Positions 37,440 through 51,228 of a stretch of 64,000 nt of DNA are shown here, one piece after another (positions within the stretch are counted from its first letter, which is position 1; every line of letters begins with the position of its first letter). This DNA comes from Octopus sinensis. Its lineage: Eukaryota. The DNA is taken from the NCBI RefSeq assembly GCF_006345805.1, contig NC_043008.1, positions 16,988,001 to 17,052,000 of the forward strand. The letters are read 5' to 3'. Made by a program: the position numbers and the translations under genes. The notes under the pieces are model-generated. The model was not told the origin of the DNA, did no database searches, and saw only the letters and a list, made by a program, of their open reading frames with translations.

Positions 37440-38250
37440 GAAATGCAGGTGCTGACTTGTATTTGCGCTTCAGAAAAGGAAAGATTGACAAAAACGGCCA
37501 AAATTGATATCGTCAATGCCGTTTCCGTATCTGTCTTTATCTATGGTCACGAGTGTTGGGTAATGATTGTAAGAGTACGATAGCGAATACAAGCGGACGA
37601 AATGGGGGTTCTTACAAAAGATTGCTGGGGTAATATTCTTCGACAAGGTGCGTAACTCGGAGTTCAGCGAATCTCATCAGGTCGAGCCGTTACTTCTCCG
37701 CATCAAGAGATCACAAATATGGTAGTATGGACATGCGATTAGAATGTCGTAGGAAAGAATTGCAAGAAAGGTTTTCAAAACCGAGCCAATCGGTATAAGA
37801 GATAGCGTTAGATGGACGGTGAGCTGGCAGAAACGTTAGCGCGCCTGGCGAAAAGCTTTGCGGTATTTCGTCTGCCGTTACGTTCTGAGTTCAAATTTCG
37901 CCGAGGTCGACTTTGCCTTTCATCCTTACGGGGTCGATAAATTAAGTACCAGTTACGCACTGGGGTCGATGTAATCGACTTAGTCCCTTTGTCTGTCCTT
38001 GTTTGTCCCCTCTATGTTTAGCCCCTTGTGGGTAGTAAAGAAATATATAAGATGTAGCATTAGATGGAGAATCAGATGGTTGGACAATATCCATAGTTTC
38101 CAGTTGGTCATGAATTGGGAATCCAAGCAAAAATTATAATGAGGGTTGCTTCTAATGGAACCTAATGTAGGAGGTGCCTGGGCAATCTATCCCAGGGACC
38201 CTCCTAGAAATAATGGGCAGAGGACAGGGATGGAGGATAATTATACAACG
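37440..38250 (+). pseudogene. RTE-clade LINE 3' ORF fragment split by a SINE
   Basis: IYGHECWVMIVRVR*RIQADEMG/IAGVIFFDKVRNSE...VEPLLLRIKRSQ..YGHAIRM...; after the SINE, RWLDNIH...LGIQ. Confidence 0.8.
37817..38045 (+). mobile_element. Family-B SINE with degenerate 23-bp TSD
   Basis: TATAAGAGATAGCGTTAGATGGA (37794-37816) vs TATAAGATGTAGCATTAGATGGA (38046-38068), 3 mismatches. Confidence 0.9.
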
Positions 38251-38543
38251 AACAAAAAAAATAATAAAATAAAATTCCTTCCCCCTCGTAATCTATTTTC
38301 AGCATATCTAACAAACAAAAATATAGTGTACAATAAAGTTTAAATGGTAAAGCTAAATGTTATGATTTTGTAAAGGAATCGCCCCTTTATTAGTCAAATC
38401 TTTTGACCTTTACTACAGATGTCTGATTTACTTCTCATCCTAATTTCCTACTTCCTGCTGTGGACTATGCAACAATGCTGTAGTTAGGATGTAATAAATG
38501 GCTTAGGATTTGTTCTGGTAGATTGTTTCATATCTGTCTAACA

Positions 38544-38544
<1 letters not shown>

Positions 38545-38631
<87 letters not shown>

Positions 38632-38690
38632 GTCTGTCTTTCTGTCTGTCTCTCTGTCTCTCTTTCTGTCTTTCTATCTATCTATCTATC

Positions 38691-38776
<86 letters not shown>

Positions 38777-38945
38777 CCTACCTACCTACCTACCTACCTA
38801 GCTACCTACCTACCTACCTACCTATCAGTTTATCCGTTGCTCTATTTATCTATTAATCTGTCTGTCTATATGTGTGTGAGTATCTGCTTATATGTATGTA
38901 TGTATGTATGTATCATTTTATGTATGCATGTATGTATGCGTGTAT
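38545..38945. repeat. (TATC)n to (TACC)n to (TATG)n tetranucleotide array
   Basis: Direct observation. Confidence 0.95.
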
Positions 38946-39325
38946 GCATACTTATGCGTGTCTATCTCTGTGTGTACTTTTACGCTTTCAAAAAAATTCT
39001 AATTCCGATTTCCTCACTTTGCATAACCAGGAAATATTACCAAGCATTTCCGTGTGAAAATACTTCTACTACTAAAAGGAATAAATAAATAAATAAGAAC
39101 CCTTCTCGATATAAATTCTTCTAAACGTATTTAGAATATCATTGACAATGGTACAGTCCTGCACTGCTTCCTGTTGCAACATCCTTGATTTGTGGAAGGC
39201 ACTAGTATTGTAGAATTGAGAGTGTATATACGTTTGATTATAACCTAAAGCAATGGTACACCCATTCAAATCATCCGCCATTCCAAATGACATCTACAGT
39301 AAGACTATTTGTGTATATATATCTA

Positions 39326-39372
<47 letters not shown>

Positions 39373-39390
39373 ATATATATATATATATAT

Positions 39391-39556
39391 CAGGCGTGGC
39401 TGTGTAGTAAGAAGCTTGCTTCGAAATCACATGTTTCCGGGTTCAGTTCCACTGCGTGGAACCTTGGGCAAGTGTCTTCTACTATATCCTCGGGACGACT
39501 AAAGCCTTGTGAGTGGACTTAGTTGATGTAAATTGAAAGAATCCCGTCGTATATAT
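39391..39556 (+). mobile_element. CORE-like SINE family A, 5' half
   Basis: CAGGCGTGGCTGTGTAGTAAGAAGCTTGC...GAACCTTGGGCAAGTGTCTTCTACTATA. Confidence 0.85.
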
Positions 39557-39559
39557 AAT

Positions 39560-40261
39560 AAAATGCGCAGTTATGAAATTTGCTCGTCGCGTCTTCTACG
39601 TAACCAGACCGATCCATTTCTCGACCGTATTGATTTGCGATGAAAAGTGGATTCTGTACAATAAAAAAAAAAAAAATTTCGCAATGCTTGGATCAGAAGG
39701 AAGCACCGAAAACCTTCCCTAAACCCGAGCTCTTCAAAAAGAAGGTTATGATGACTGTTTGGTGGTGTACTGCTTGAGTTATACCCTATATCTTCTTAAA
39801 ACCTGGAAAAACCATTACTATATGAACATATTGCCATGAAATTGCCAAAATGAACGAAAAACTGCTACTCTTCAACAGAAGAGGGCCAATCATTCTTCAT
39901 GACAATGCTCGACCACACGTTTCACTAATGACGCTCCAGAAGTTGAGGGTACATGGCTACGAAGTTCTTCCACACACAGCTTATTCCCCAGATCTTTTCT
40001 CTTAACGGGTACCACTTTTTCAAGCAACTTGATGATTTCCTGCGTGCGAAAGAGTTCAAAAATCAAACCGATGCTGAAATTGCGTTCAAAGAGTTCAACA
40101 GCTCCATAACTCCAGATTTTATGTTACCGATATAAACAAACTTGTAACTCGATGGCAAAAATGTGTTGATTGTAATGGTACTGAGTCTGATTAATAACAT
40201 TTCCGAATTGTTAAAATATATTATTTTTCAAAACGTTGCTTACTTTTTACTCAGCCTGATA
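39560..40261 (+). pseudogene. Mariner (DD34D) transposase relic with right TIR
   Basis: [61 protein letters not shown]; ends ...TACTTTTTACTCAGCCTGATA followed by TA. Stops and frameshifts; 5' half absent. Confidence 0.9.
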
Positions 40262-40799
40262 TATATGTGTATGTGTGTGTGCGAACTAGGTTGAATATTT
40301 AGATCTGTTAATAATTGCAACTATCATTGTATATTAGTAATTAAGTCTTGAGCGATTAAAGTAACGGAAAGGATAATATACAAGCTTTACAAAATTAATA
40401 GATTAGGAAGTACAGTTTTAGTAAATTAATTTGTAGAGATTAAATGATTGAAATGAATGTATATTACGATGTTAGATAACCGAGTTTGTTTAGCTTCCGT
40501 GTATCGTTATGGCTTGGAGTATAACTTCATTGAAATTTTTAAAAAAATGCAATGCTATCATACATATGAGATAATTGGAAACTAATTATAGATTAACTTA
40601 ACGAAATTTCATTTCAGAATTAATACTGTAGATTACGAAAAAGTGTTTGATTAAGCCATATAATAAATAATTCAAGTGGTTAGTTTTAGTGAAAGTTGTA
40701 AAGTAAACGGAGATGGAATGCATGTTGATCAGAGAGTTGTGAAAGCTAAACAGGTTCTGGATTCTGTTAATCTTGGTTTGAGATTTTAGTACGAGGACA

Positions 40800-41185
40800 G
40801 CTACCTTGAAGGAATGGGAATTCGATTACATCGATCCAAGTACTAAATTGTTCTTAATCTATAGACACTGAAAGGGAGAAAAACAAATTGAATTAAGGAG
40901 AATTTTAAATTGGAACGATTGAGCGGTAAACCGCACTTATCAATTTGTCTGGCGCGGTAACTATTCTGGAAGTTCGCCACCTTGTAATAATTATAGGAAT
41001 TTGATGATGGTGAGCTGACAGAAACGTTAGCACACCAGACGTTCTGAGTTCAAATGTCATTAAGATAGATTCCTATTTTCATCGCTTTCAGGTCGAAAAA
41101 TAAAGTGCTACTTACGTACAGGTGTCGATGATATTGACTAAGCCTTTTCCCCGCAGATTTCAAGCTTCGTGCCTAGAAGAGAAAG
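40800..41185. mobile_element. Two old family-B SINEs head-to-head (- 40800-40983, + 41005-41185)
   Basis: CGATTACATCGATCCAAGTAC...GTTCGCCACCTT, then GGTGAGCTGACAGAAACGTTAGCAC. Confidence 0.65.
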
Positions 41186-41223
41186 GATTAATTTTACTAG
41201 TGTAGGAATCATTATGTGCACGA

Positions 41224-41765
41224 CTGACTGTGTAGTAAGAAGTGTAGTAAGAATGTTTTTCCCATTCACATGGTTTTGTGTTCAGTCCCACTGCGTGGCA
41301 CATTGGGCAAGTGTCTTGTACTATAGTCTTGGGCCAACCAAACCTTGTGAGTGAATTTGTTAGCCGAACACTGAAATAAGCCCCTCGTATATATTTATAT
41401 CATAATCGGCTTGCTCGTCTGTCTATTATACTTCAGTTAGTTAGAAATTTAGTTAGTGAAAGATGGAGTAAGAGTGAGAGAGAGAGGGGGTAGGGAGGTT
41501 TGAAGAAAGAAGGAGAGAAATGTGATTGATATTAATACACCATCATCGGTTGTCATGTGATGGTGGGGGTACAAACACAGACACATAAATATATATATGC
41601 ATAAATATATATCCATCCACACATACATATATACATACGTCCACTCATAAAGCTTTGGTAGGCCCGAGGCTATAGTAGAAGACACTGGCCCAAAGTGCCA
41701 CGCAGTGGGACTGAAACCGAAACCATGTGGCTGGGAAGCAGGCTTCTAACCATACTGCCACATAA
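41224..41765. mobile_element. Two family-A SINEs in inverted orientation (+ 41224-41395, - 41530-41765)
   Basis: CAGTCCCACTGCGTGGCAC on plus at ~41283; GTGCCACGCAGTGGGACTG at ~41695. Confidence 0.8.
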
Positions 41766-43517
41766 TACATACGTACATACGTACATACATACATACATAC
41801 ATACATACATACATACATACATACGTACATGGATAAATTCGTACATACATATTAGCGCGTATTTGTATGCGTATGAGCTTGTGAACTGTTAATATTGTAT
41901 ATTAAAATCGCCCCCAATTTTTGTTTACAAGTAATAAATATTCACCAAAACTATATTACCCCTAATAAATTTAATAATTATTTTTATGCTCTCAAATGTA
42001 AGATGAAATCAAATATAGACAAATTGCCCTCAAGTTATCAATGTCAGTGGCGTAATATCACACTTACGAAGAGAAAGTTGTTTGAAGGAAGACGATCCAA
42101 ATATATATGAAAATCTAAATATTCCCTTGCCTGAAGCGGACGCATAGAGCAGATAGCTTTAAGTGTATATAATGAAGGAATTTCATGAAATGGACTCGGA
42201 ACTGATATCAAGATATTCGTAGCTTGTCAAAGTATCGTAGAACGATTTGCATTAGTGGCATTCACTCACATTTCCACAGTAACATCTTAGCACCATTATG
42301 GTCTCACCCCAGCCGGGAAGATCAGTGCAATGTGACCTGTAAGTTTTATTCACTAATAGGAAACCATAGCAGGCATGGGTTTGAACTTGGCTTCCAAAGT
42401 CAGTGAAGACCCAGGAAAAATCACTGTACTGGATTCTATAGCATTTATTTCTTGGCTGCAAGCTACAGCATAAATAGGTCAGAAGTAGGCCTCTAGGCCT
42501 CAGAGGCCATTGGGTAAATCCTATTTCATTTGTTTATTGACAGCAAGCCACAGCATACATAGATTAGAACTGGGTCTCCTACCCTTGTGATGACCTAGGA
42601 CAATTCAGTGCACGGGATCTTATAGTATATATTAATCGACAACAAGACACAGCATATATTAGAAAGGAAAAAAGTTGACTTCGCCAGGGATTGAGCCCAG
42701 AAAGTTGCGGTATTATTTTAGCAGGTGTTCGTTAAAACACTCGTGAATAGAAGAAAACTGAAAAGGCTTTTATAAAAAAAAGGAAAAGAAAAAACAATTA
42801 CGTGGAAGAATACAGCATGGAATTGTATCTTCATGAATTTATAACAACCATCCACCATATCAACATACAGACACACACACACACACACATATATCTCTGT
42901 ATCTACATCCATAAAGGCAGATATACGCATGTGTATGTATATATGTACGTATGTATTTATGTATGTATGTATGTATGTATGTATGTATGTATGTATGTAT
43001 TATGTATGTATGTATGTATGTAAGCATGTATGTATGTATGTAAGCATGTATGTATGTGTGTGTGTATGTATGTACGTATCTGTATGAGTTATAGTGCTTT
43101 ATCTTCTGTGTGTTTTTACGGTTGCGAATGGTACGGACACCTGTGATGGTGTTGAATGTCTTGGCTCCAGTCGCAACCAGGTGGGAAATTTCAACTTGAA
43201 AGCATAAACAAAAGAATGATATCTAAATGACAAACATTACATTAATTTTTACTTTTACTTTTTAATGCTTTATTATGGAGGAAGACTCTATTCCTATGAC
43301 CCTCGCGTACACTGAGTGGCCGGCTATATTCATTCCATAACGTTCCTGTTGTACAGTATATTGGAGGTTTACGAAAAAAAAAAAAACAAGTGAAAAAAGA
43401 AACATAAAACAGACGAAAAAAAAAACAGCTGCAGGAAGGGTATATTTACAAACACCATTTTAGGGAAAGAAGTACCGAACCTAGGGTAAGAAAGAGTGGC
43501 CAGGATAGTGAATATAT

Positions 43518-43750
43518 ATTTCTTTATTAGCCACAAGGTGCTAAACAGAGAGGGGACAAACAAGGACAGGCACACGGATTGAGTCAATTATATCGACCCC
43601 AGTGCGTAACTGGTACTTAATTTATCGACCCCGAAAGGATGAAAGACAAAGTCGACCTCGGCGGAATTTGAACTCAGAACGTAACGGCAGACGAAATACG
43701 GCTACGCATTTCGCCCGGCGTGCTAACGTTTCTGCCAGCTCTCCGCCTTT
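43518..43750 (-). mobile_element. Family-B SINE with perfect 15-bp TSD
   Basis: GGATAGTGAATATAT at 43503-43517 and 43751-43765. Confidence 0.95.
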
Positions 43751-45894
43751 GGATAGTGAATATATCATCATTGATGAAATGTTATGAGACAAATTATTCT
43801 AGTTCGTCTGTGCGGAGTAACAATTGACAATACAAGTGGCAAAGACAAAGCAGAGATAAAGATAGGTTGCAGTAGAGTATGGGTTTGACTATAGTGCTAA
43901 AAAATTTTACGAGAGTACATCAACCATCACAGCATTCGATTAAATTTAGAATGGTTGAATTAGTAATATTAGTACTGACCTCTACGTGGAAAGATGAGTA
44001 TTTTTTTGTGAGTACTACTTGAACTTGTGGGTTAGGAGTTGATTTGATAAAAGGCTTTAAGATTTCTTGATCCTGAAGAAACTCAGTCGTTTTAATGCAC
44101 TATGTGCTCTCTGTTAAAGCTGTACCATCGGCAGGTATCTCAGTAATGGGTTTACCACGTATTTCTATGATTTTTGAGTAGTTTAATCGCGTGCTTTTAG
44201 ATGTAAGAGTGATTGTATGTGAAATTACTTTCTTGGAATGCATAGCTGCATCATTATGCCTTTGAAGGAAACTTTATTGGACAATGCTTTCGAGTTTTCT
44301 GTTTATGAAGTAACCTGGGGTTTGCCATGAGGTACCTAAATTTTTATGTGCATTACAGAAAGCTGCATCAGCAAAATTGTTGACGGTGGGATCTGTAACG
44401 AAAACTCCCATCGAAGAAATGAAATATAGATGCACAGTAGAGACATGCAGTTTTGCGAAGATGTCCATGTATCAGGCGGTTACGAATGTATCTCGACAAT
44501 AGTTTTACAGAATTTCTCAAGAGAGATTACGCACGGGTTAATGATACAGCAAAATGAGACCCTTTTTTTGCAGGGCTGGCTTCAGGCAAGCTCTAATTGT
44601 AGCTACTGAGGAAGACGAGAAATTTAGAATACTGGAGAATGTTGTTAATAGCTGTTAAATTGTTTCTTTTAGAGTGCTTCTCATCTAGCCGCCGAACACG
44701 CTGTGTGTTTTTATTTAGAAATTAATAAATTTGCTGACATTTAAAATTTGCTACAGAATGTATCATGACAAACAACTGAATGGCAACAATAATCAAAACA
44801 GTGTGAGTCATTGAAAATTATTTAAAAAGTTTTGTCATGGTGGGAAGGTCAACGCTCTTGGATCTCTTTTGACGGTCGGAGTCTGATGAAAAGAAAGAAA
44901 GAATGCAGCTTCAGGCTAGAAACTTGTCTCGAATTCTTACAGAAGCCAGTGCTCAAATGGATTAGTATTAGTCAGCCGACCGAAATATTAAGTTTACTAA
45001 GATCAGGAATAAGATGTCTCCCCATTTTCCACAAGAATTTGGTAAACTTTATAATAATACTAAAAGACATTTGGTTGAAGTGGTGTAAATTAACCTGGAA
45101 TCTGAAAGAGGGAAATGGCAAAATAAAATTTTTAGCCAGAGGACAATTCCTGCGTCTATACTTAATGTGTAGTGATATAACGGATTATTATTTCGTTCCT
45201 ATCCAGCTTTACGCTCGGAGTTTGAATGCTGCTGAGGTCGTCATTATCTTTTTATCATTTTGAGGTCGATAAAATTCGTACCAGTTGAACACTAGAGTCG
45301 ATGTAATCGATTGGGGCCCGTTCCACAAAATTTCACTCCTTTCATTTATTGTAGTAAGAATTGTTTCATGCTTTCGAGGGGGTGGTCAAAACTCCCTGGT
45401 TTAAAAGGTATCGCGAAAGACCTGTTTAGCGGCCCCACTTTCTGAATTCTTTTACAAAGCTTAGGAAAACTGAAGAACCGCTGAAATAAATGTGTGAATC
45501 TGAGAAGGGAACATATTGAATAAAATTATAATTAACTGAAGCTTCCGTATTTTCTTTTGCCGAAAATTAATAACTTTCCAGCATCCCTTCGTATACCAAA
45601 TAATCCCAATTTTACATAATGTAAGTTATTCAAACAAGTGCAATCCAGCATTCTTCAAAATATTCGGGGATACTTCGTTTGTCTTTTCCTGAAGACCCTA
45701 TTCTACTGCGTAGTCTGCGATTTGGCCACATCCCTCCAAATATCAATTCAGATATTGGCATTCATTTCTCGGGGCCACTCTGTCCTTTAATATAAATCTG
45801 CTGCTTACAACTTCATATATTCCTTACTTACTACGACACTATACTTTGCGGGTAAATTCGTTACAAACATCTGGAAAAATCTCGGGGATATTAT

Positions 45895-46812
45895 TCTTTT
45901 ATCCTTTTACTTGCTTCAGTCAATTTGACAATGGCCATGCTGGAGCACCGCCTTCTTTTAGTCCAATAAATTTATTCTTTGTAAGCCAGGTACTTAATCC
46001 ATCGTTTTTTTTTCAGAACCGCTAAGTTACTGGGACTTAAACATACCAACATCGGTTGTCAAGCGATGGTGGCGGGAGAAACACAGACGCGAACGCACAA
46101 ATGTATACATATATATACAACGGGCTTCTTTCAGTTTCCGTCTCTCAAATACACTCACAAGGCTTTGGTCGGACCGAGGCTATAGCAGAAGACACTGGCC
46201 CAAGGGTGCCATGCTGTGGGACCGAACGCTGAGCCATGTTATTGGGAAGTAAGCTTCTTAACACAAAACTACATCTTTGCCGATACTGGGACGTAAACAT
46301 ACGAACATCGGTTGTCAAGCGATGGGCGCGGGACAAACACAGACGCGAACGCACAAATATATACATATATATATATATATATACGACAGGCTTCTTTCAG
46401 TTTCCGTCTATCAAATCCACTCACAAGGCTTTGGTCGGACCGAGGCTATAGTAGAAGACACTGTCCCAAGTTGCCATGCTGTGGGACCGAATCCCGAACC
46501 ATGTTATTGGTAAGTAAGCTTCTTAACACACAACCACGTCTTTGCCGATATTGGGACGTAAACATACGAACATCGGTTGTCAAGCGATGGGCGAGGGACA
46601 AACACAGACGCGAACGCACAAATATATACATATATATATAAATACGACAGGCTTCTTTCAGTTTCCTTCCCTCAAATCCACTCACAAGGCTTTGGTCGGA
46701 CCGAGGCTACAGTAGAAGACACTGGCCCAAGGTAGCCTGGCGTTGGACCGAATCCCGAACCATGTTATTGGTAAGTAAACTTCTTAACACTACAACCACA
46801 TCTTTGCCTATA
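45895..46812 (-). repeat. Family-A SINE whose 5' two-thirds plus flank is locally triplicated (~260-bp units)
   Basis: Units 46030-46285, 46286-46550 and 46551-46812 share private variants GGACCGAGGC, CATGTTATTGG, GACGCGAACGCAC and the non-SINE flank TCTTTGCC(G/T)ATA. Confidence 0.9.
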
Positions 46813-47182
46813 TTATGGTAATTTTTCTCGATTCCAATTATCATGCTCGGTAATATCGATGTAATCGATGACATCATCTGCATCAGCTCTTCAGATTTGC
46901 TGGCACCAACCATCTTGATATCAGCACAAGCTAGAAAATATATTGCATTTGCATGATGTTAAAGGTCATATTCCTGATAATTCTGTGGGCGATTTACGGG
47001 CACGATAATTTCTTGATAAGAATTTCGGGCGCTTTTGTTTTGTTAATATAGTTACTTAGCCAAGGTCAGCAGTTATCCTCCATGCCCATTACCAAATGTA
47101 GCTCCATGTAACAAATACGTCTTTCATATATACACCTACACACACACATACACATATTATAGAAATATAAATATATATATAT

Positions 47183-47213
<31 letters not shown>

Positions 47214-47272
47214 GTATGTATATAATACTTGGAAATGGATGCGTCGTGTTCAATTAAATAATGAAAATAAAT

Positions 47273-47310
<38 letters not shown>

Positions 47311-47435
47311 ATATGATATATAATATATATACATATATAACATATATTAAAACTTTTTCCAACCGGTTGCCAGATTGATCACTAAATCCACATTTTTGAA
47401 AATTTATTCTTTCTCTGTTTATTTCCTCGTGTTCA

Positions 47436-47469
47436 TTTCTGTTGAAGAGTGCAGGTTCGAAACGTAAAA
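47436..47469 (+). ncRNA. Minimal hammerhead-like motif with CUGUUGA core
   Basis: TTT-CTGTTGA-A-GAGT GCAG GTTC-GAAA-CG-TA-AAA; same family as 61639. Confidence 0.55.
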
Positions 47470-47667
47470 GACTTTCTCACTTTATCTAGGTATTCTAACA
47501 CCCTTAGTCGTATTTAATGATTTTTATTGTTTTCCTTTTTGGTAAGTCACTGCTAACTAGCTATCTCATTTAATTGTGTAAATATGTGTCTGTGTGTGTG
47601 TATCTGTGAGTGTGTATGTGTATTAATATTTACTTTTATGTTCAAATCTAGTATTACATTAACCTGA

Positions 47668-47985
47668 TGTGAGTAGATTTGGTATACGGAAATTGAGAGA
47701 AGCCCGTCGTTATATAGTATATATAATATATATATTCTATATATATTCTATATATATATATATATATAGTCAAAATTGTGAAGCATGACTGTCACCACTA
47801 CTTCATGAACCTGAATATTGCAGAATTTAATGCATAAAGTACTATTCAATCTCAGAATGAACATTTAACATTCTATCATCTTATTTTATTTTATTGTATT
47901 ATATTATATATATTATATTATATTATATTATATCATTATAAGAATGTAAATAAAGCGTGAAAATCAGACAAGTTGGAATTCCCTT

Positions 47986-48021
<36 letters not shown>

Positions 48022-48022
48022 C

Positions 48023-48053
<31 letters not shown>

Positions 48054-48268
48054 GTATTCATGCATGTATGTGTGCGTGTATGTTTGTGTGTCTGTGTTTG
48101 TCTTCCGAACATCGCTTGACAACCGATGCTGGTATGTTTACGTCCCCGTAACTTAGCGGTTCGCAAAAAACCGATAGAATAAGTCCTGGGATCGACTTTC
48201 TCGACTAAAAGCCGTGGTCCAGCATGGCCGCAGTCAAAATGAATGAAACAAGAAAATAGTAAAAGAGT
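47668..48268 (+). mobile_element. Family-A SINE split by ~230 bp of unrelated sequence within its internal microsatellite
   Basis: TGTGAGTAGATTTGGTATACGG...CCCGTCGT at 47668-47710 and the 3' half at ~48060-48268 flank (AT)n-bounded 47769-47995. Confidence 0.6.
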
Positions 48269-48402
48269 ATATATATATATATATATGGAAACTGAAATAG
48301 ATAGATAGATAGATAGATAGATACGGTATACAGACAGACAGAAAGGTTATATATATATATAATATATATAATATATATATATATATATATGTGTGTATAT
48401 AG

Positions 48403-48453
<51 letters not shown>

Positions 48454-49201
48454 TATATATCTATATATATATATTGTGTGTACGTGTGTGTGTGTATATA
48501 TATATATACCTTCTGTCTGTCTGCCTGTCTTCTGTCTGTCTCATATATCTATCTATTTATCACTATCTATCACTATCTATCATCTATCTATCTATCTATC
48601 TATCTGTTTGTATGTCTTGTTTATCTGTTTGTCTTTGTATTCGTCTGTTTGTATAGCTGTCACTGTCTGTCTGTATGTATATAGAAATGCTCATGTATAT
48701 GCATGTGGGTCTATATATATATAGCATTGTATACTAGTGCGTATGTTCATGTAATTGGATTGTATATACACGTTCGTGGAGTATCATTTCCTAGTTTGTA
48801 TATGTGAACGAGCTACACTTAATGGATCTGTATTATATTACAAGCAACGGGTCACGGTTTAAAGCCGTGAGACCTCCCATTGAGCTCCGACTAATTGACA
48901 TAAATGGCTTTTAAAACACTTACCAGAGGACAGCAGGCAAAGATCAGATATGAGATCTTTACTTGTCCTTTTGTCAAGCTGTTCTCGCCGATGTTTACAC
49001 CTGCCTTGACCAAGTACACACACATCTTCTCCAGAATCAGGTATTTTGTTTCATATGTCGTATCAATTATACACCTCTCGATGTGAATACATACATATAT
49101 ATATGTATGTATGCATGTATGTATGTAATTGTATGTTTATATATATATATATATAGATAGATAGATAGATAGATATACATATATATATTTATGTAATTGT
49201 A

Positions 49202-49248
<47 letters not shown>

Positions 49249-49304
49249 TATATATATATAATATATATTATATTATACATATATATATATATATATATAT
49301 ATAT

Positions 49305-49604
49305 GGGCGCAGGAGTGGCTGTGTGGTAAGTAGCTTGGTCGCCAACCACATTGTTCTGGGTTCAGTCCCACTGCGTGGCACCTTGAGCAGATGTCTTATA
49401 CTATAGCCTCGGGTCGAGCAAATCCTTATGAGTGGATTTTGTAGATGGAAGCTGAAAGAAGCCCGTCGTATATATGTATAAATATATATGTGTATGTATA
49501 GGTTGTGTATCTGTTTTTGTCCCTCCAATATCGCTTGATAACCAATATTGGTGTGTTTAGGTCCCCCGTAAACTAGCGGTTCGGCAAAAGAGAACGATAG
49601 AATA
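49305..49604 (+). mobile_element. CORE-like SINE family A, 3'-truncated
   Basis: GGGCGCAGGAGTGGCTGTGTGG...GGTTCGGCAAAAGAGAACGATAGAAT. Confidence 0.9.
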
Positions 49605-49852
49605 TGTACATGCATCAAACATATTTATACGTATGTGTTATTCGTTATATGTCCCAATATGTTCTTCTCTGTATATAAGTTATTGTACACTTCGTATTAT
49701 ATACAGGGTACACTACTGCATGTGCATTTCGTACCTGAAAAACAACCCTGAAGTGTTGAATTATTTATATTATCTCTTAGTTTAATTGCACAGACACACG
49801 TACACATGCACACACACGAATGTATATACATACATACATATATACAGAACAG

Positions 49853-49904
<52 letters not shown>

Positions 49905-51133
49905 GTTGTGTGTGGTGTGTGTGTGTGTGTGGTGTGTGGTGTGTGTGTGTGTGTGTGTGTACGTAAAAAATACAAACAGGGACAAGAACGCCAAACATTT
50001 AGAAGACGATACAAAAAGAACCGGATCATCCTCGCAATTTCGGCTGATTAATCTTGAGATTGCTCCGACCTGGCCAGCCCCAAAGGAAAATCTAAGCCAA
50101 GCGCATTAGATTCCTTGGAAGAAAGCCTCGAATGTATACAAAACAAGGACGGAAAAACGGACGATGTAACACGAATAAGAATACAAAAATTCGTAAAAAC
50201 AATAACGATAACACGAATAAGAATACAAAAATACGTAATAATAATAATGATAATAATAAAAAAACAGGACGTCACAGATGCACATGTATATGTATGTATA
50301 GGTATGCATGTTTATATGTATTTAATGTACTTGCATCAATATACAGACACATTATGTATGTATACATGCGTATATGTATAAATACGCTCATACTTATGCC
50401 AGTGTGTGTATTTATACATGTATATATGTGCGTTCGTGTGTGTTTCTTCGGTGATAGAGATGATTGTAGACACACACACACATATGTTATTATTAGATAA
50501 CGTACGCATTAATTTCTCTAGCACAAAGAATATTAGCGGAAAATTCCAATCAAAACTTGTAAATATAACACACAGGATTGATGGTTCGAATTGAAAACGT
50601 GGAATAAATATAATTATTGCTTTATTGTGGATGTCAGCAGCCAAGCGTTCTGAACAATTCCATCGAAATTAGTTTCATGTGAATATTTGTGGGCCACTGC
50701 TTGGACGCTTATAATTTGTCAATCAGTATTAGATATTTACATATGGGTCTGTTATTACTTGATAATGTAATGCGTAGGATAATACCTATGGAGTTCATTC
50801 AAAGAATAATATCATGTACGTGTAATCTGTAATTCCAGCGGGTAAAAGAAACTGCAAGTATACGCAAATCTTGAATAAATGCACGCACACACACACACAC
50901 ACGCCACACACACACACACACACACACAATATATAATATAATACATATACGAGAGAGAAACAGGTTTCATACAAAAATAATATACACGTGGTATAAATAG
51001 GGGAGAAGTAAAAAGAAACAAAGGAAATATACACTAGATATAAACGTAATGGCTCTTTTGGATATATAAACACAAAGATATATACATACAAATAAATAAT
51101 TTAAGGTGGAATTAAGAAATAGAACAATCATTA

Positions 51134-51228
51134 TCATGAGTGGATATAGAAAGTCATACCGGTTTCGTCGACGCTAGTAGGTGAACAGCGACGAAGAAAC
51201 CGGTATGGCTTTCTATATTGACTCATGA
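51134..51228. other. ~42-bp imperfect hairpin with 11-nt loop (pre-miRNA-like or tiny foldback)
   Basis: TCATGAGTGGATATAGAAAGTCATACCGGTTTCGTCGACGCT / AGTAGGTGAAC / AGCGACGAAGAAACCGGTATGGCTTTCTATATTGACTCATGA; 3 mismatches and 2 GU pairs. Confidence 0.85.

Noticed and set aside
37660-37690. Minus-strand CTGATGA
   Set aside because: Antisense of RTE coding sequence; no GAAA or helices.
43900-44500. Minus-strand peptides DAAFC (hAT zinc finger-like) and KKYSSFHVEV...LVKFF (LINE ORF1-like)
   Set aside because: Two conflicting short resemblances with stops; cannot be assigned without a search.
48918-49041. Exon-like signals on both strands (plus: AVLADVYTCLDQVHTHLLQNQ; minus: donor at 48918-48923)
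   Set aside because: Plausible splice sites on either strand and no homology; indistinguishable from chance.
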